This document shows, one piece after another, positions 18,801 through 26,257 of a stretch of DNA of 26,858 nt; the stretch's first letter is position 1; every line of letters starts with the position of its first letter. Location: assembly GCA_041490725.1 (NCBI GenBank), contig JBGPTQ010000001.1, positions 1 to 26,858 on the forward strand. The letters run 5' to 3'. The position numbers were made by a program, and so were the translations under genes. This DNA comes from Stellaceae bacterium (GTDB lineage: Bacteria; Pseudomonadota; Alphaproteobacteria; ATCC43930; CGMCC-115725). Under the pieces are notes generated by a model that was not told where the DNA came from, did not search any database, and saw nothing but the letters and a program-made list of their open reading frames with translations.

Positions 18801-21162
18801 CGGCATCGATGCGAGCCCGCGCACGCTCTCAGTCGCGCTCACCGCGCCCGATGTCGCGCGGCCGCGCGGCCCCATTGAGATCGGGGTCAAGGTCGCCGGT
18901 CTCGCGCCCGGCGAGGAGGCCTACCTCACCCTCGCGGCGGTCGACGAGGCGGTGCTGAAGCTGACCGAGTTCGACAGCCCGGCGCCGGAGAAATACTATT
19001 TCGGCAAGCGCCAGCTCGGCGTCGAGCTGCGCGATCTGTACGGAAGGTTGATCGATCCGCGCGCCAGCAGCGTGGGCGCGCTGCGCAGCGGCGGCGACCA
19101 GTTCGCCAAGCGCTCAGTTGCCGGCCTCCCCGACAAAAGCAGTCGCGTCGTGGCGCTCTACTCGGGGATCGTGCGGCTCGACGCAGATGGCGCCGCCACG
19201 GTTCGCTTCGACGTCCCGGACTTCCAGGGCCAGCTGCGGCTGATGGCGGTGGCGTTTTCGGCGCACAAGCTCGGTGCCGCGAGCGGCGCGGTGACCGTAC
19301 GCGATCCGGTCGTGACGATGGTTTCGCTGCCGCGCTTTCTGGCGCCGGGCGACACCGCGCAGATCGGCGTGGTCATCAACAATGTCGAAGGCGCGTCCGG
19401 CGACTACCGGCTGAAACTCGCCGCCAGCGGTGCCGGGGAATTCGCCGCACCAATCGAGCGGGCGATCCCGCTTGCCAGCGGCGCGGGCTTCAGCGGCGGG
19501 TTTGCGCTCTCGGCGAAGTCATTAGGTAATGTCGCGCTGCGCCTCGAACTGACTGGCCCCAATGATCTGCGCATCGCGCGCGATTTCACGCTCGGGGTGC
19601 GGCCGGGGCAGGCCTATCAGCTGCGCCGCTTCGTCGCCCGGTTCGAACCGGGACAGAGCGTCACGCTCGACGACGGCGCTGCCGACGAATTTCTGCCCGG
19701 CACGGCGAAGGCGCTGCTGACGGTCAGCCCGCGCCCCGATTGGGACGTTCCCGGCCTGTTGCGGTCGCTCTACCGCTATGCCTATGGCTGTCTCGAGCAG
19801 ACGACGAGCCGGGCCTTGCCGCTGCTCTATGTCGATGCGGTCGCCGGGTTGTGGCGAACCGACCCCGGCTTCTCGCCGGCCGACAGCATCGACCGCGCGA
19901 TCGGCCACATCGTCGAATTGCAGCGCTCGGACGGCAGCTTCGGGGTATGGAGCGACAGCGACGACACGGTTCCCTGGCTCGACGCCTATGCCAGCGACTT
20001 TTTGCTGCGCGCCAAGGAGCACGGAAAATCGGTGCCGGATTACGCGCTCACCGCGGCGCTCGGCTGGCTGCGCGATTATGTCCGGCAGCAGCACACCGAC
20101 GCGAAAAGCCTGCCGGCCATGGCCTATGCGCATTATGTGCTGGCGCGGGCCCATCCTAACTTAGCTCAGGGGGCCGGCGAACTTCCCGCCTTGCGCTATT
20201 TCAATGATACCCAACTCGCTCAGCTGCCGACCCAGCTTGCCAAGGCTCAGCTCGCCGCGGCATTGGCGGCCTATGGCGACATGCCGCGCGCCGCAGCCGC
20301 CTACCAGGCGGCGCTCGGTCCGCCACCGAAGCGGTCGCCCGGTCTGAGCTACATCGATTACGGCAGCGATCTGCGCGACAGCGCCGGGCTGCTCGCCTTT
20401 GCCGGTTCTGATCCGGCGGCGCAGCCACGGCTGACCGCGGTGATGGACCGGATCGCCGAGCTGTTCGCCCGCACCCGCCGGACCAGCACGCAGGAGCAGG
20501 CCTGGCTGTTGATGGCGGCCGAGGCGGCGGTGCGCGCGACCGGCGGAGAGATGAATGTCGCGACTGACGGTGGGGCGCCGCAAAAGCGCGGCGAGCCGCT
20601 CTATTTCCGCCGTGCGCTCGGCACCGGCGCGGCACCGGTTTCGGTGGCCAATCGCGGCACCGCCGCCGCGTGGCGGACGATCTCGATCATCGGAGTCCCC
20701 AAGGCCGACCTGCCGGCTGAAAGCAGCGGCTATTGGGCGGGAAGATGGATTTTTCGGGCGGATGGCTCGCCGGCGGATCTGACCAAGGTGCGGCAGACCG
20801 ATCTTTTCGTGGTCGTCATCAAGGGCAAGCGCACCGACCCGTCGCGCGCGGCGCGAACCCTGGTCGTCGACCTGCTGCCGGCCGGGTTCGAGATCGCGAC
20901 GGCGACCACGAGCGGGCAATCCGCCGGGAATTATCCCTGGCTCAAGAACCTCAGCGAGACGGCCTATACCGAAGAGCGCGACGACCGCTACATCGCCGCG
21001 CTCGACCTGGGCGACGGCGCCGGCGAATTTACGCTGGCCTATGTCGTGCGCGCGGTCACCCCGGGTGAGTTCAAGTATCCCGCGCTCGTCGTCGAGGACA
21101 TGTACGAGCCGGAAACCACCGGCCGCACGGCGATCGGCACGCTTAGCGTGCAGGCAAGGTAA
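15895..21162 (+). CDS. Bacterial alpha-2-macroglobulin (YfhM-like), 1755 aa
   Basis: Signal peptide, YTDRGIYRPGE, FRVEDFVP, AVDEAVL, bait-like LRSGGD, VPDFQGQLRLMAVA, and thioester YGCLEQ (CLEQ codons 19789-19800). Directly upstream of pbpC. Confidence 0.97.
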   Translation: MLRALCLFVLVLVAVPAAAQEYQSKELAEAATTYRQELIDSIPAAKKQPALIARLRRDADAEYRAKRYSQAVDDLTRAIAYGADDGLVWLRLAQALAEARDDHFQASAYNAYVKSTDPVERGTALILIGRDYDRHDKQKEALAAFEAGLAFTKSAVIAERVDQLRRLVAFRVTKVELSAEADAPRACLRFNEKIATKPDLSYGDFVRTTPDLAGIVTARGDTLCLDGLKHGETYEVELLAGFPAASGEKTRESWKSGIVVPDRKPAISFAGAGYVLPREGSAGLPVTTINLDKVKLRLVRINERNLVPSISADKLTMSIDPDSVDELISQSGSLVWQGEMTITGERNRPVVTAIPLTPVLRDKGPGVYLAVVERADTKPRDASQPATNWVLVSNLGLSTYAGSDGMEVAVRSLADAKPLAGVALRLYARNNAELASVTSDADGLAHIPGGLLHGSGGDEPFAVMAYGPANGPANGPGGDFNFLEVGRAAFDLSDRGVSGRRQPGPVDGYLYTDRGIYRPGEAVHLTALVRDDKAEAAAGLPLTLRLLRPDGVEVDRRQLTGGKLGAFDETYSLARDARIGTWLVELKLDPKAPAIGSAEFRVEDFVPPQLKLELSAADRPIRPSEPFPVAVAANYYYGAAGAGLAVEAQATVALDEQPFANEPGFHFGLADEEFAGTTKDLDAPATDDAGRSNVTLDLTDLPDSTMPLAATIRVSVFEPSGRAVSESLTRPIRQRNLAIGLRSPAGDDAIAEGQPASLEIIALGGEDKRTAAKGLRWELLREISQYDWYSVNGRWRHRVQVRDQPLETGVLDIGGDSPAPLSRTLPAGRYRWEVGDGATGAQSSLRFHVGWWVEAALPDVPDKLGATLDKASYQPGETAKLFIKAPFAGEAELAIASDRILALRSVKLPPEGTTVEIPVDAAWGSGVYALVSAYRPQNAASPGPGQSPGQGSSPPAPRGPGRAVGVAWLGIDASPRTLSVALTAPDVARPRGPIEIGVKVAGLAPGEEAYLTLAAVDEAVLKLTEFDSPAPEKYYFGKRQLGVELRDLYGRLIDPRASSVGALRSGGDQFAKRSVAGLPDKSSRVVALYSGIVRLDADGAATVRFDVPDFQGQLRLMAVAFSAHKLGAASGAVTVRDPVVTMVSLPRFLAPGDTAQIGVVINNVEGASGDYRLKLAASGAGEFAAPIERAIPLASGAGFSGGFALSAKSLGNVALRLELTGPNDLRIARDFTLGVRPGQAYQLRRFVARFEPGQSVTLDDGAADEFLPGTAKALLTVSPRPDWDVPGLLRSLYRYAYGCLEQTTSRALPLLYVDAVAGLWRTDPGFSPADSIDRAIGHIVELQRSDGSFGVWSDSDDTVPWLDAYASDFLLRAKEHGKSVPDYALTAALGWLRDYVRQQHTDAKSLPAMAYAHYVLARAHPNLAQGAGELPALRYFNDTQLAQLPTQLAKAQLAAALAAYGDMPRAAAAYQAALGPPPKRSPGLSYIDYGSDLRDSAGLLAFAGSDPAAQPRLTAVMDRIAELFARTRRTSTQEQAWLLMAAEAAVRATGGEMNVATDGGAPQKRGEPLYFRRALGTGAAPVSVANRGTAAAWRTISIIGVPKADLPAESSGYWAGRWIFRADGSPADLTKVRQTDLFVVVIKGKRTDPSRAARTLVVDLLPAGFEIATATTSGQSAGNYPWLKNLSETAYTEERDDRYIAALDLGDGAGEFTLAYVVRAVTPGEFKYPALVVEDMYEPETTGRTAIGTLSVQAR
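17291..17322 (+). repeat. In-frame 12-nt tandem repeat encoding GPANGPANGP
   Basis: atggcccggcca atggccctgcca atggccct. Confidence 0.7.
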
Positions 21163-21172
21163 CATCCACGCT

Positions 21173-23326
21173 GTGCGGTTAACAGTAGCCCCCACCCTCC
21201 CGCATCTGCGGCGCGGGCCCCTCCCTCCCCCGCTTGCGGGGGAGGGCCGGGGTGGGGGCCGTCAGCGCACTGGCTGGCGAGCATTATCCGCCGCCCTGGT
21301 CGCGTTCACGGGTTTAGCTCTCGCCTATCTCGCCCTCCCGCCGCCCGCTCTCGACCGCGCCCGCCTCCTGTCGGCGCTCGTGCTGGCGCGGGATGGCTCG
21401 ATGCTGCGCGGGTTCCTGACCGCGGATGGCAAATGGCGGTTGCCGGTCATGGTCGACGCGGTCGACCCCCTTTACCGCCATATGCTGATCGCCGCCGAGG
21501 ACCAGCGCTTCGCCAAACATCCGGGAGTCGACCCGATCGCCGTGGTGCGCGCGCTCGGCCAGCTCGCGCGGCGCGGCCATATCGTGTCGGGCGCCTCGAC
21601 CTTGACGATGCAGGCGGTGCGCCTGTTGGAGCGGCGGCCGCGCACCTTGTCCTCAAAGCTGATCGAGATGGCCGAGGCGCTCGGCCTGGAGCGGCACTGG
21701 GCCAAGGACGACATCCTCTCTCTCTACCTGACCTTGGCCCCGTTCGGCGGCAATCTCGAAGGCGTGCGGGCCGCCAGCCTTGCCTATTTCGGCAAGGAGC
21801 CGAGCCACCTGTCGGCGGCTGAGGCAGCCCTTCTCGTGGCGCTGCCGAGTTCCCCGGAACATCTGCGCCCGGACCGCCATCCCGAGGCGGCGCGGCTCGC
21901 GCGAGACGCCGTGCTCGAGCGGATGCGGGCCCGCGGGGTCATCTCGGAAAGCGCGCTGGCCGAGGCACGCGCCGAGCCGATCCCGCATCACCGATGGGCG
22001 CTGCCGTTTCACGCCCCGCATCTGGCGTGGGCAATGCGCGCGGTCGAGCCGTCCTCGCGGGTGCTGCGCACGACGATCGACCCGATCCTGCAGCGTCGGG
22101 TCGAGGCGCTGCTCTATCGCGAAGCCGCGGCGCTCGATCCGCAGGCGACGCTCGCCGCGCTCGTCGTCGACAACCGCGCGCGCGAGGTCATGGCCTATGT
22201 CGGCAACGCCGATTTTGCCTCTGTTGCCCGGCACGGCACGCTCGACATGGCGCGCGCGGTGCGCTCGCCGGGCTCGGCCTTGAAACCGTTCATCTATGCG
22301 ATGGCGTTCGATCGCTTGATCATTCATCCGCAAACCGTGCTCGACGACCGGCCGCGCCACTTCGGCGACTACGCGCCCGGCGATTTCGACGGGCATTTCC
22401 AGGGTGAGGTCAGCGCGGCGGAGGCGCTGCAATACTCGCTCAACGTGCCCGCTGTCGCCGTGCTGGATCGCCTCGGACCCGGCCGCTTTACCGGCGCCCT
22501 TGCCGCCGCCGGGATCCGACTGCACCTGCCAGTGCCCGAAGCGGAACCCGGGCTCGCGGTCGCGCTGGGCGGCGCCGGAATATCGCTTTACGACCTAGCC
22601 ACAATGTATGTCGCGCTGTCGCAGGGCGGGGAAATAGCCACGCTGCGCACCCGCGGTGATGAACCTCCCGCGCGCGGGACGGCGATCTTCGGGCCGGCGG
22701 CCGCCTGGTACGTCAACGATATTCTCGGTAGCGCGCCGCCGCCCCCCGGGATGCTGCCGGCCGAGGTACGACAGGGCCGGCATCTCGCTTTCAAGACCGG
22801 AACCTCCTACGGTTTCCGTGACGCCTGGGCCGTCGGCTACGATTCGCGGGTGACGATCGCGGTCTGGGCGGGGCGGCCGGACGGCACGCCGATGCCCGGC
22901 CGCAGCGGCCGGGTGACCGCGGCGCCGGTGTTGTTCAAGATCGCCGACCTGCTCGGCGCCGCACCGCCGAACACCGCGCCCGAGCCGCCGCCTGGAGTGC
23001 TGCGGGTTGGCCACCGCGACCTGCCGCCGGCGTTGCGCCGGCTTGGCCCGGGGCCGCGCGAATCCGGCAGAGGACGGGAGGGCGGCGGTCCGAAAATCCT
23101 CTATCCGCCCGATGGCGCGATCGTTGCCTGGGATGGAGCGGCATTGCCGCTCGAAGCCGCCGGTGGGAGGGGGCCGTTGCGCTGGCTCGTCGACGGCCGG
23201 CCATTGCCGCCCGCCCTGCCGCGGCGGACCCTCTATTGGCAGCCCGGCGAAATCGGCTTCGCCCGGCTGACCGTCATCGACGCCCGGGGGCACAGCGCGC
23301 GGGCCACCGTGCGGCTCGCGCCGTGA
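21173..23326 (+). CDS. pbpC: Penicillin-binding protein 1C, 717 aa (start inferred)
   Basis: N-terminal TM helix; transglycosylase motifs AEDQRF..HPGVD and GASTLTMQ; transpeptidase motifs SALK, SLN and KTG; C-terminal ILYPPDG domain. GTG 21173 is the only in-frame ATG/GTG/TTG between the A2M stop and the TM helix. Confidence 0.93.
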   Translation: MRLTVAPTLPHLRRGPLPPPLAGEGRGGGRQRTGWRALSAALVAFTGLALAYLALPPPALDRARLLSALVLARDGSMLRGFLTADGKWRLPVMVDAVDPLYRHMLIAAEDQRFAKHPGVDPIAVVRALGQLARRGHIVSGASTLTMQAVRLLERRPRTLSSKLIEMAEALGLERHWAKDDILSLYLTLAPFGGNLEGVRAASLAYFGKEPSHLSAAEAALLVALPSSPEHLRPDRHPEAARLARDAVLERMRARGVISESALAEARAEPIPHHRWALPFHAPHLAWAMRAVEPSSRVLRTTIDPILQRRVEALLYREAAALDPQATLAALVVDNRAREVMAYVGNADFASVARHGTLDMARAVRSPGSALKPFIYAMAFDRLIIHPQTVLDDRPRHFGDYAPGDFDGHFQGEVSAAEALQYSLNVPAVAVLDRLGPGRFTGALAAAGIRLHLPVPEAEPGLAVALGGAGISLYDLATMYVALSQGGEIATLRTRGDEPPARGTAIFGPAAAWYVNDILGSAPPPPGMLPAEVRQGRHLAFKTGTSYGFRDAWAVGYDSRVTIAVWAGRPDGTPMPGRSGRVTAAPVLFKIADLLGAAPPNTAPEPPPGVLRVGHRDLPPALRRLGPGPRESGRGREGGGPKILYPPDGAIVAWDGAALPLEAAGGRGPLRWLVDGRPLPPALPRRTLYWQPGEIGFARLTVIDARGHSARATVRLAP
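21188..21259. repeat. GC-rich palindromic element within the 5' end of pbpC
   Basis: Outer IR GCCCCCACCC/GGGTGGGGGC (21188-21197 / 21250-21259) and inner IR CCCTCCCCCGC-tt-GCGGGGGAGGG (21223-21246). A GTAG (21185-21188) overlaps the first base of the left arm. Confidence 0.8.
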
Positions 23327-23366
23327 GCGTGTATAATCCCCGATAATCTGCTGTGGAGGATCGGCG

Positions 23367-23810
23367 ATGCCGCGCAACGCCATCGCATACGACGACGACT
23401 TCTTCGCCTGGACCGAGGAACAGGCGCGGCTGCTGCGCGCCGGTGACTTGTCGCAGCTCGATATCGAGAACATTGCCGAGGAAATGGAGGACATGGGGAG
23501 GAGCATTCGTCGTGAGCTGCGTCACAGGCTGGCAGTGCTGACGATGCATCTGTTGAAATGGCGGTATCAGCCGGGATATCGCTCGCGAAGCTGGTCGGGG
23601 ACGATTGGGGAACAGCGCGAGCAAATCGCCGACTTAATCGACGAGTCGCCGAGCCTCAGGCCAGTGCTCGCTCGGGATTTGACCAAGATCTACGGGGTGG
23701 CGGTAACCAAAGCGCTTGGCGAGACAGGCCTCCCCGAGGCGACCTTCCCGGCCGATTGCCCGTTTACGCCCGATCAGATCTTGGCGAAGGATTTTCTGCC
23801 GGAAGGCTGA
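23367..23810 (+). CDS. DUF29 family protein, 147 aa
   Basis: YDDDFFAWTEEQA.LLR.G...LDIENIAEE.EDMGRS...HLLKW.YQP...SW..TI..QR...SPSLR...CPF. SD GGAGG, and a TATAAT at 23332-23337. Confidence 0.92.
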   Translation: MPRNAIAYDDDFFAWTEEQARLLRAGDLSQLDIENIAEEMEDMGRSIRRELRHRLAVLTMHLLKWRYQPGYRSRSWSGTIGEQREQIADLIDESPSLRPVLARDLTKIYGVAVTKALGETGLPEATFPADCPFTPDQILAKDFLPEG

Positions 23811-24645
23811 GAACGTAGGGCGGCCGGTGCAGCCCGGCCGGCGAGATCGTGAAGATCTCGTACCCCGTCGCGGTCACGCCGATCGTGTGCTCGCACTGCG
23901 CCGAGAGGGAGCGGTCCTTGGTTACCGCGGTCCAGCCGTCGCTCAGCACCTTCACCTCATAGCGCCCGGCGTTGATCATCGGCTCGACGGTGAAGAACAT
24001 GCCCTCGCGCAGCACCGGTCCGTCCTCGGGCCGTCCGTAATGCAGGATCGACGGGGCGTCGTGGAACACGCGCCCGACCCCGTGCCCGCAGAAATCGCGC
24101 ACGACCGAATAGCGGTGGCTTTCGGCATAGCGCTGGATCGCGTCGCCGATCGCACCGATATGCACCCCCGGCCGCACGACGGCGATGCCGCGCATCATGG
24201 CATCATAGGTGACGTCGGCGAGCTTTCTCGCCTTGACCCCGATGCGCTCGCCGACAAAGAACATCCGGCTGGTGTCGCCGTGCCAGCCGTCGAGGATCAC
24301 GGTCACGTCGATATTGAGCGTGTCGCCGTCCATCAACCGGCGATCGCCCGGGATGCCGTGACAGACGACATGGTTGACCGAGGTGCAGATCGATTTCGGA
24401 AAGCCGCGGTAATTGAGCGGCGCCGGGATCGCGTCGTGATCGACGATGAAGCGGTGGCACAGAAGGTCGAGTTCGCCGGTCGTCACGCCGGGCCGGATAT
24501 AAGGCGTGATGAAATCGAGCGTCGCCGCGCCGAGCGCTCCCGCCAGACGCATGCCTTCGAACGCGTCGGGGCCGTGGATCTTGATCTGCCCGCTGCGCGG
24601 CATGCCGCTCGCGAGGCCGAGGCCCGCCATCACGTCCTGCTGCAT
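23764..24645 (-). CDS. map: Type I methionine aminopeptidase, about 293 aa (start uncertain)
   Basis: YRGFPKSICTSVNHVVCHGIP, NIDVT...GWHGDTSR, FCGHGVG..FH, FTVEPMIN and SAQ.EHT, which include the metal ligands D, D, H, E, E. Confidence 0.96.
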   Translation of the reverse strand: MQQDVMAGLGLASGMPRSGQIKIHGPDAFEGMRLAGALGAATLDFITPYIRPGVTTGELDLLCHRFIVDHDAIPAPLNYRGFPKSICTSVNHVVCHGIPGDRRLMDGDTLNIDVTVILDGWHGDTSRMFFVGERIGVKARKLADVTYDAMMRGIAVVRPGVHIGAIGDAIQRYAESHRYSVVRDFCGHGVGRVFHDAPSILHYGRPEDGPVLREGMFFTVEPMINAGRYEVKVLSDGWTAVTKDRSLSAQCEHTIGVTATGYEIFTISPAGLHRPPYVLSLPAENPSPRSDRA

Positions 24646-24865
24646 GACCAAGTGCTCTTTGCTCTACGACCGGCGCCGCCGTGGCCGCGCCCTCAGGTGA
24701 TAATCCGATCCAGGGACTCGGGCAACGATCGCCGCACCGCTTCCGATCGGAAGGTGGGAAGCCGGCCCGTCCGAGACAATCCTCGGCGGCGCCGGTTGTG
24801 TCGGTTTGCGGGTTTGCTTATGAAGAGACTTGGCGAATGGCGACAGTAGCGACCCGGAGGATCCG

Positions 24866-25639
24866 ATGAACGAGGCCGGCCCGGCGCCCGAGATGGTTTC
24901 CGCCTGCGTGCTGATCATCGGCAACGAGATCCTGTCCGGGCGCACCCAGGACGCGAACCTGGCGTTTCTCGCCCAAGGCCTCAACGAAGCTGGCATTCGG
25001 CTGCGCGAGGCGCGGGTCATCCCCGACGATTGCGAAACCATCATCAGCACCGTCAACGAGGCGCGCGGCAAATTCGATTACGTCTTTACGACGGGCGGGA
25101 TCGGCCCGACCCATGACGACATCACCGCGCCCTCAATCGCCCAGGCGTTCGGCGTTCCGCTGATCCTCCATCCCGACGCGAAGCGGATCCTCGAAAGCCA
25201 TTACCCGCCGGGCGGCTTGAACGAGGCGCGGCTGCGCATGGCGCAGGTGCCCGAAGGTGCGGTCCTGCTGCCCAACCCGATCTCGCGCGCGCCGGGTTTC
25301 CGAATCGACAATGTCTTTGTGCTGCCTGGGGTGCCGCAGATCATGCAGGCGATCTTCAACGAGCTGAAGCATCGCCTCAAGGGCGGCGCCAAAGTCTTGA
25401 GCCGCAGCGTCAGCTGCACTCTCGGCGAGGGCACGATCGCGCAGGATCTGGCCGCGCTGCAGACGCGCTACGCCGATCTCGAAATCGGCTCCTACCCCTA
25501 TTTCCGGCGCAGCGATTTCGGCGTGACCCTGGTCGTACGCGGCACCGAGCGGGAGCGGATCGCTGCTGCCGTCGAGGAGCTGAAGGCGCTGATCCGCACC
25601 CTCGGCGGCGATCCGCAGGAAGGATTGGCCGAGGATTAG
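24866..25639 (+). CDS. CinA N-terminal/molybdopterin-binding-domain protein (COG1058-like), 257 aa
   Basis: IIGNEILSGRTQDAN, TTGGIGPTHDDIT and LPGVP. There is no PncC domain. SD GGAGG before ATG 24866. Confidence 0.9.
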   Translation: MNEAGPAPEMVSACVLIIGNEILSGRTQDANLAFLAQGLNEAGIRLREARVIPDDCETIISTVNEARGKFDYVFTTGGIGPTHDDITAPSIAQAFGVPLILHPDAKRILESHYPPGGLNEARLRMAQVPEGAVLLPNPISRAPGFRIDNVFVLPGVPQIMQAIFNELKHRLKGGAKVLSRSVSCTLGEGTIAQDLAALQTRYADLEIGSYPYFRRSDFGVTLVVRGTERERIAAAVEELKALIRTLGGDPQEGLAED

Positions 25640-25649
25640 GCTCACTACT

Positions 25650-25735
25650 GCGGACGTGGCGAAACGGCAGACGCACCGGACTTAAAATCCGGTTCCCGAA
25701 AGGGAGTGCGGGTTCGACTCCCGCCGTCCGCACCA
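25650..25735 (+). tRNA. trnL: tRNA-Leu, anticodon TAA
   Basis: Acceptor stem GCGGACG/CGTCCGC, D-arm GCG...CGC, anticodon arm CCGGA-CTTAAAA-TCCGG, long variable arm TTCCC-GAAA-GGGAG, T-loop GTTCGAC, discriminator A and encoded CCA. Confidence 0.98.
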
Positions 25736-25972
25736 CCTCACCCTGCTTCACGAAACGATGGGAAACGCGGGCCCGCTGTTGTCGCTGTTTTCTGCAACAA
25801 ATTTTCAGCCGCCGAGGCGGGCGCGGTAGTCGCTCCGCGCGGCTGCCCCGCGGGGTTGCCCGACTGACCCTTGACGAAGGGCCGCCCGATCGTCGGAGCC
25901 GCCGCGGAGGTCGCGCCCTTCGCGTTCCTGTGTAGAAGAAATTTTTAACACAATCGGCCGATGATTGCGGGC

Positions 25973-26188
25973 ATGGACTGGTTGACGACAATCCCCCTGA
26001 CCGTTGGCGTTATCGGTAACTTGAGCACCTTTGCCTTGGAGGCGCTCGTGGAACGGTTGCTAACAATCCTCCTAGCCGTCTTTATCATCGGCAGCGTGAG
26101 TGTCTTTGCCTTAACGGCGTTCGCTTGGCTGTGGATCAAGCGCGCCATTGGCGAGCAGCACGGGTCGCCGAGTATGGCACGGCACTGA
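25973..26188 (+). CDS. Small hydrophobic hypothetical protein, 71 aa (75 aa from ATG 25961)
   Basis: A long hydrophobic stretch (LLTILLAVFIIGSVSVFALTAFAWLWI) followed by KR. GC is about 55% in hand-counted rows and the SD is weak. Confidence 0.45.
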   Translation: MDWLTTIPLTVGVIGNLSTFALEALVERLLTILLAVFIIGSVSVFALTAFAWLWIKRAIGEQHGSPSMARH

Positions 26189-26211
26189 GCCTACCGCGGC
26201 CCTATCGCCAA

Positions 26212-26243
26212 TGCGGAGGCGGTGGCGAAACGGCAGACGCACC
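26212..26243 (+). repeat. Duplicated 5' fragment of tRNA-Leu(TAA)
   Basis: GTGGCGAAACGGCAGACGCACC at 26222-26243 is identical to 25656-25677. It is preceded by tGCGGA, as at the tRNA 5' end, with GGCG in place of C. Confidence 0.88.
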
Positions 26244-26257
26244 ACTGGCTGAAGGCG

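Noticed and set aside
21041-21172. Upstream ATG start for pbpC
   Set aside because: It would overlap the macroglobulin 3' end by about 120 nt and adds no recognisable sequence.
21173-21325. Three rare TTA codons in the first 50 codons of pbpC, with tRNA-Leu(TAA) nearby (bldA-like control)
   Set aside because: TTA also occurs sporadically in the macroglobulin, the hydrolase and dcd, and AT-rich codons near gene starts are common. There is not enough evidence.
25929-25952. TGT...ACA dyad as a NifA or CtrA site
   Set aside because: The spacing does not match TGT-N10-ACA, and only one TTAA half-site is present.
26222-26243. tRNA fragment as a delocalised CRISPR/CAST homing spacer
   Set aside because: There is no flanking CRISPR repeat and no cas or tns gene in the window.
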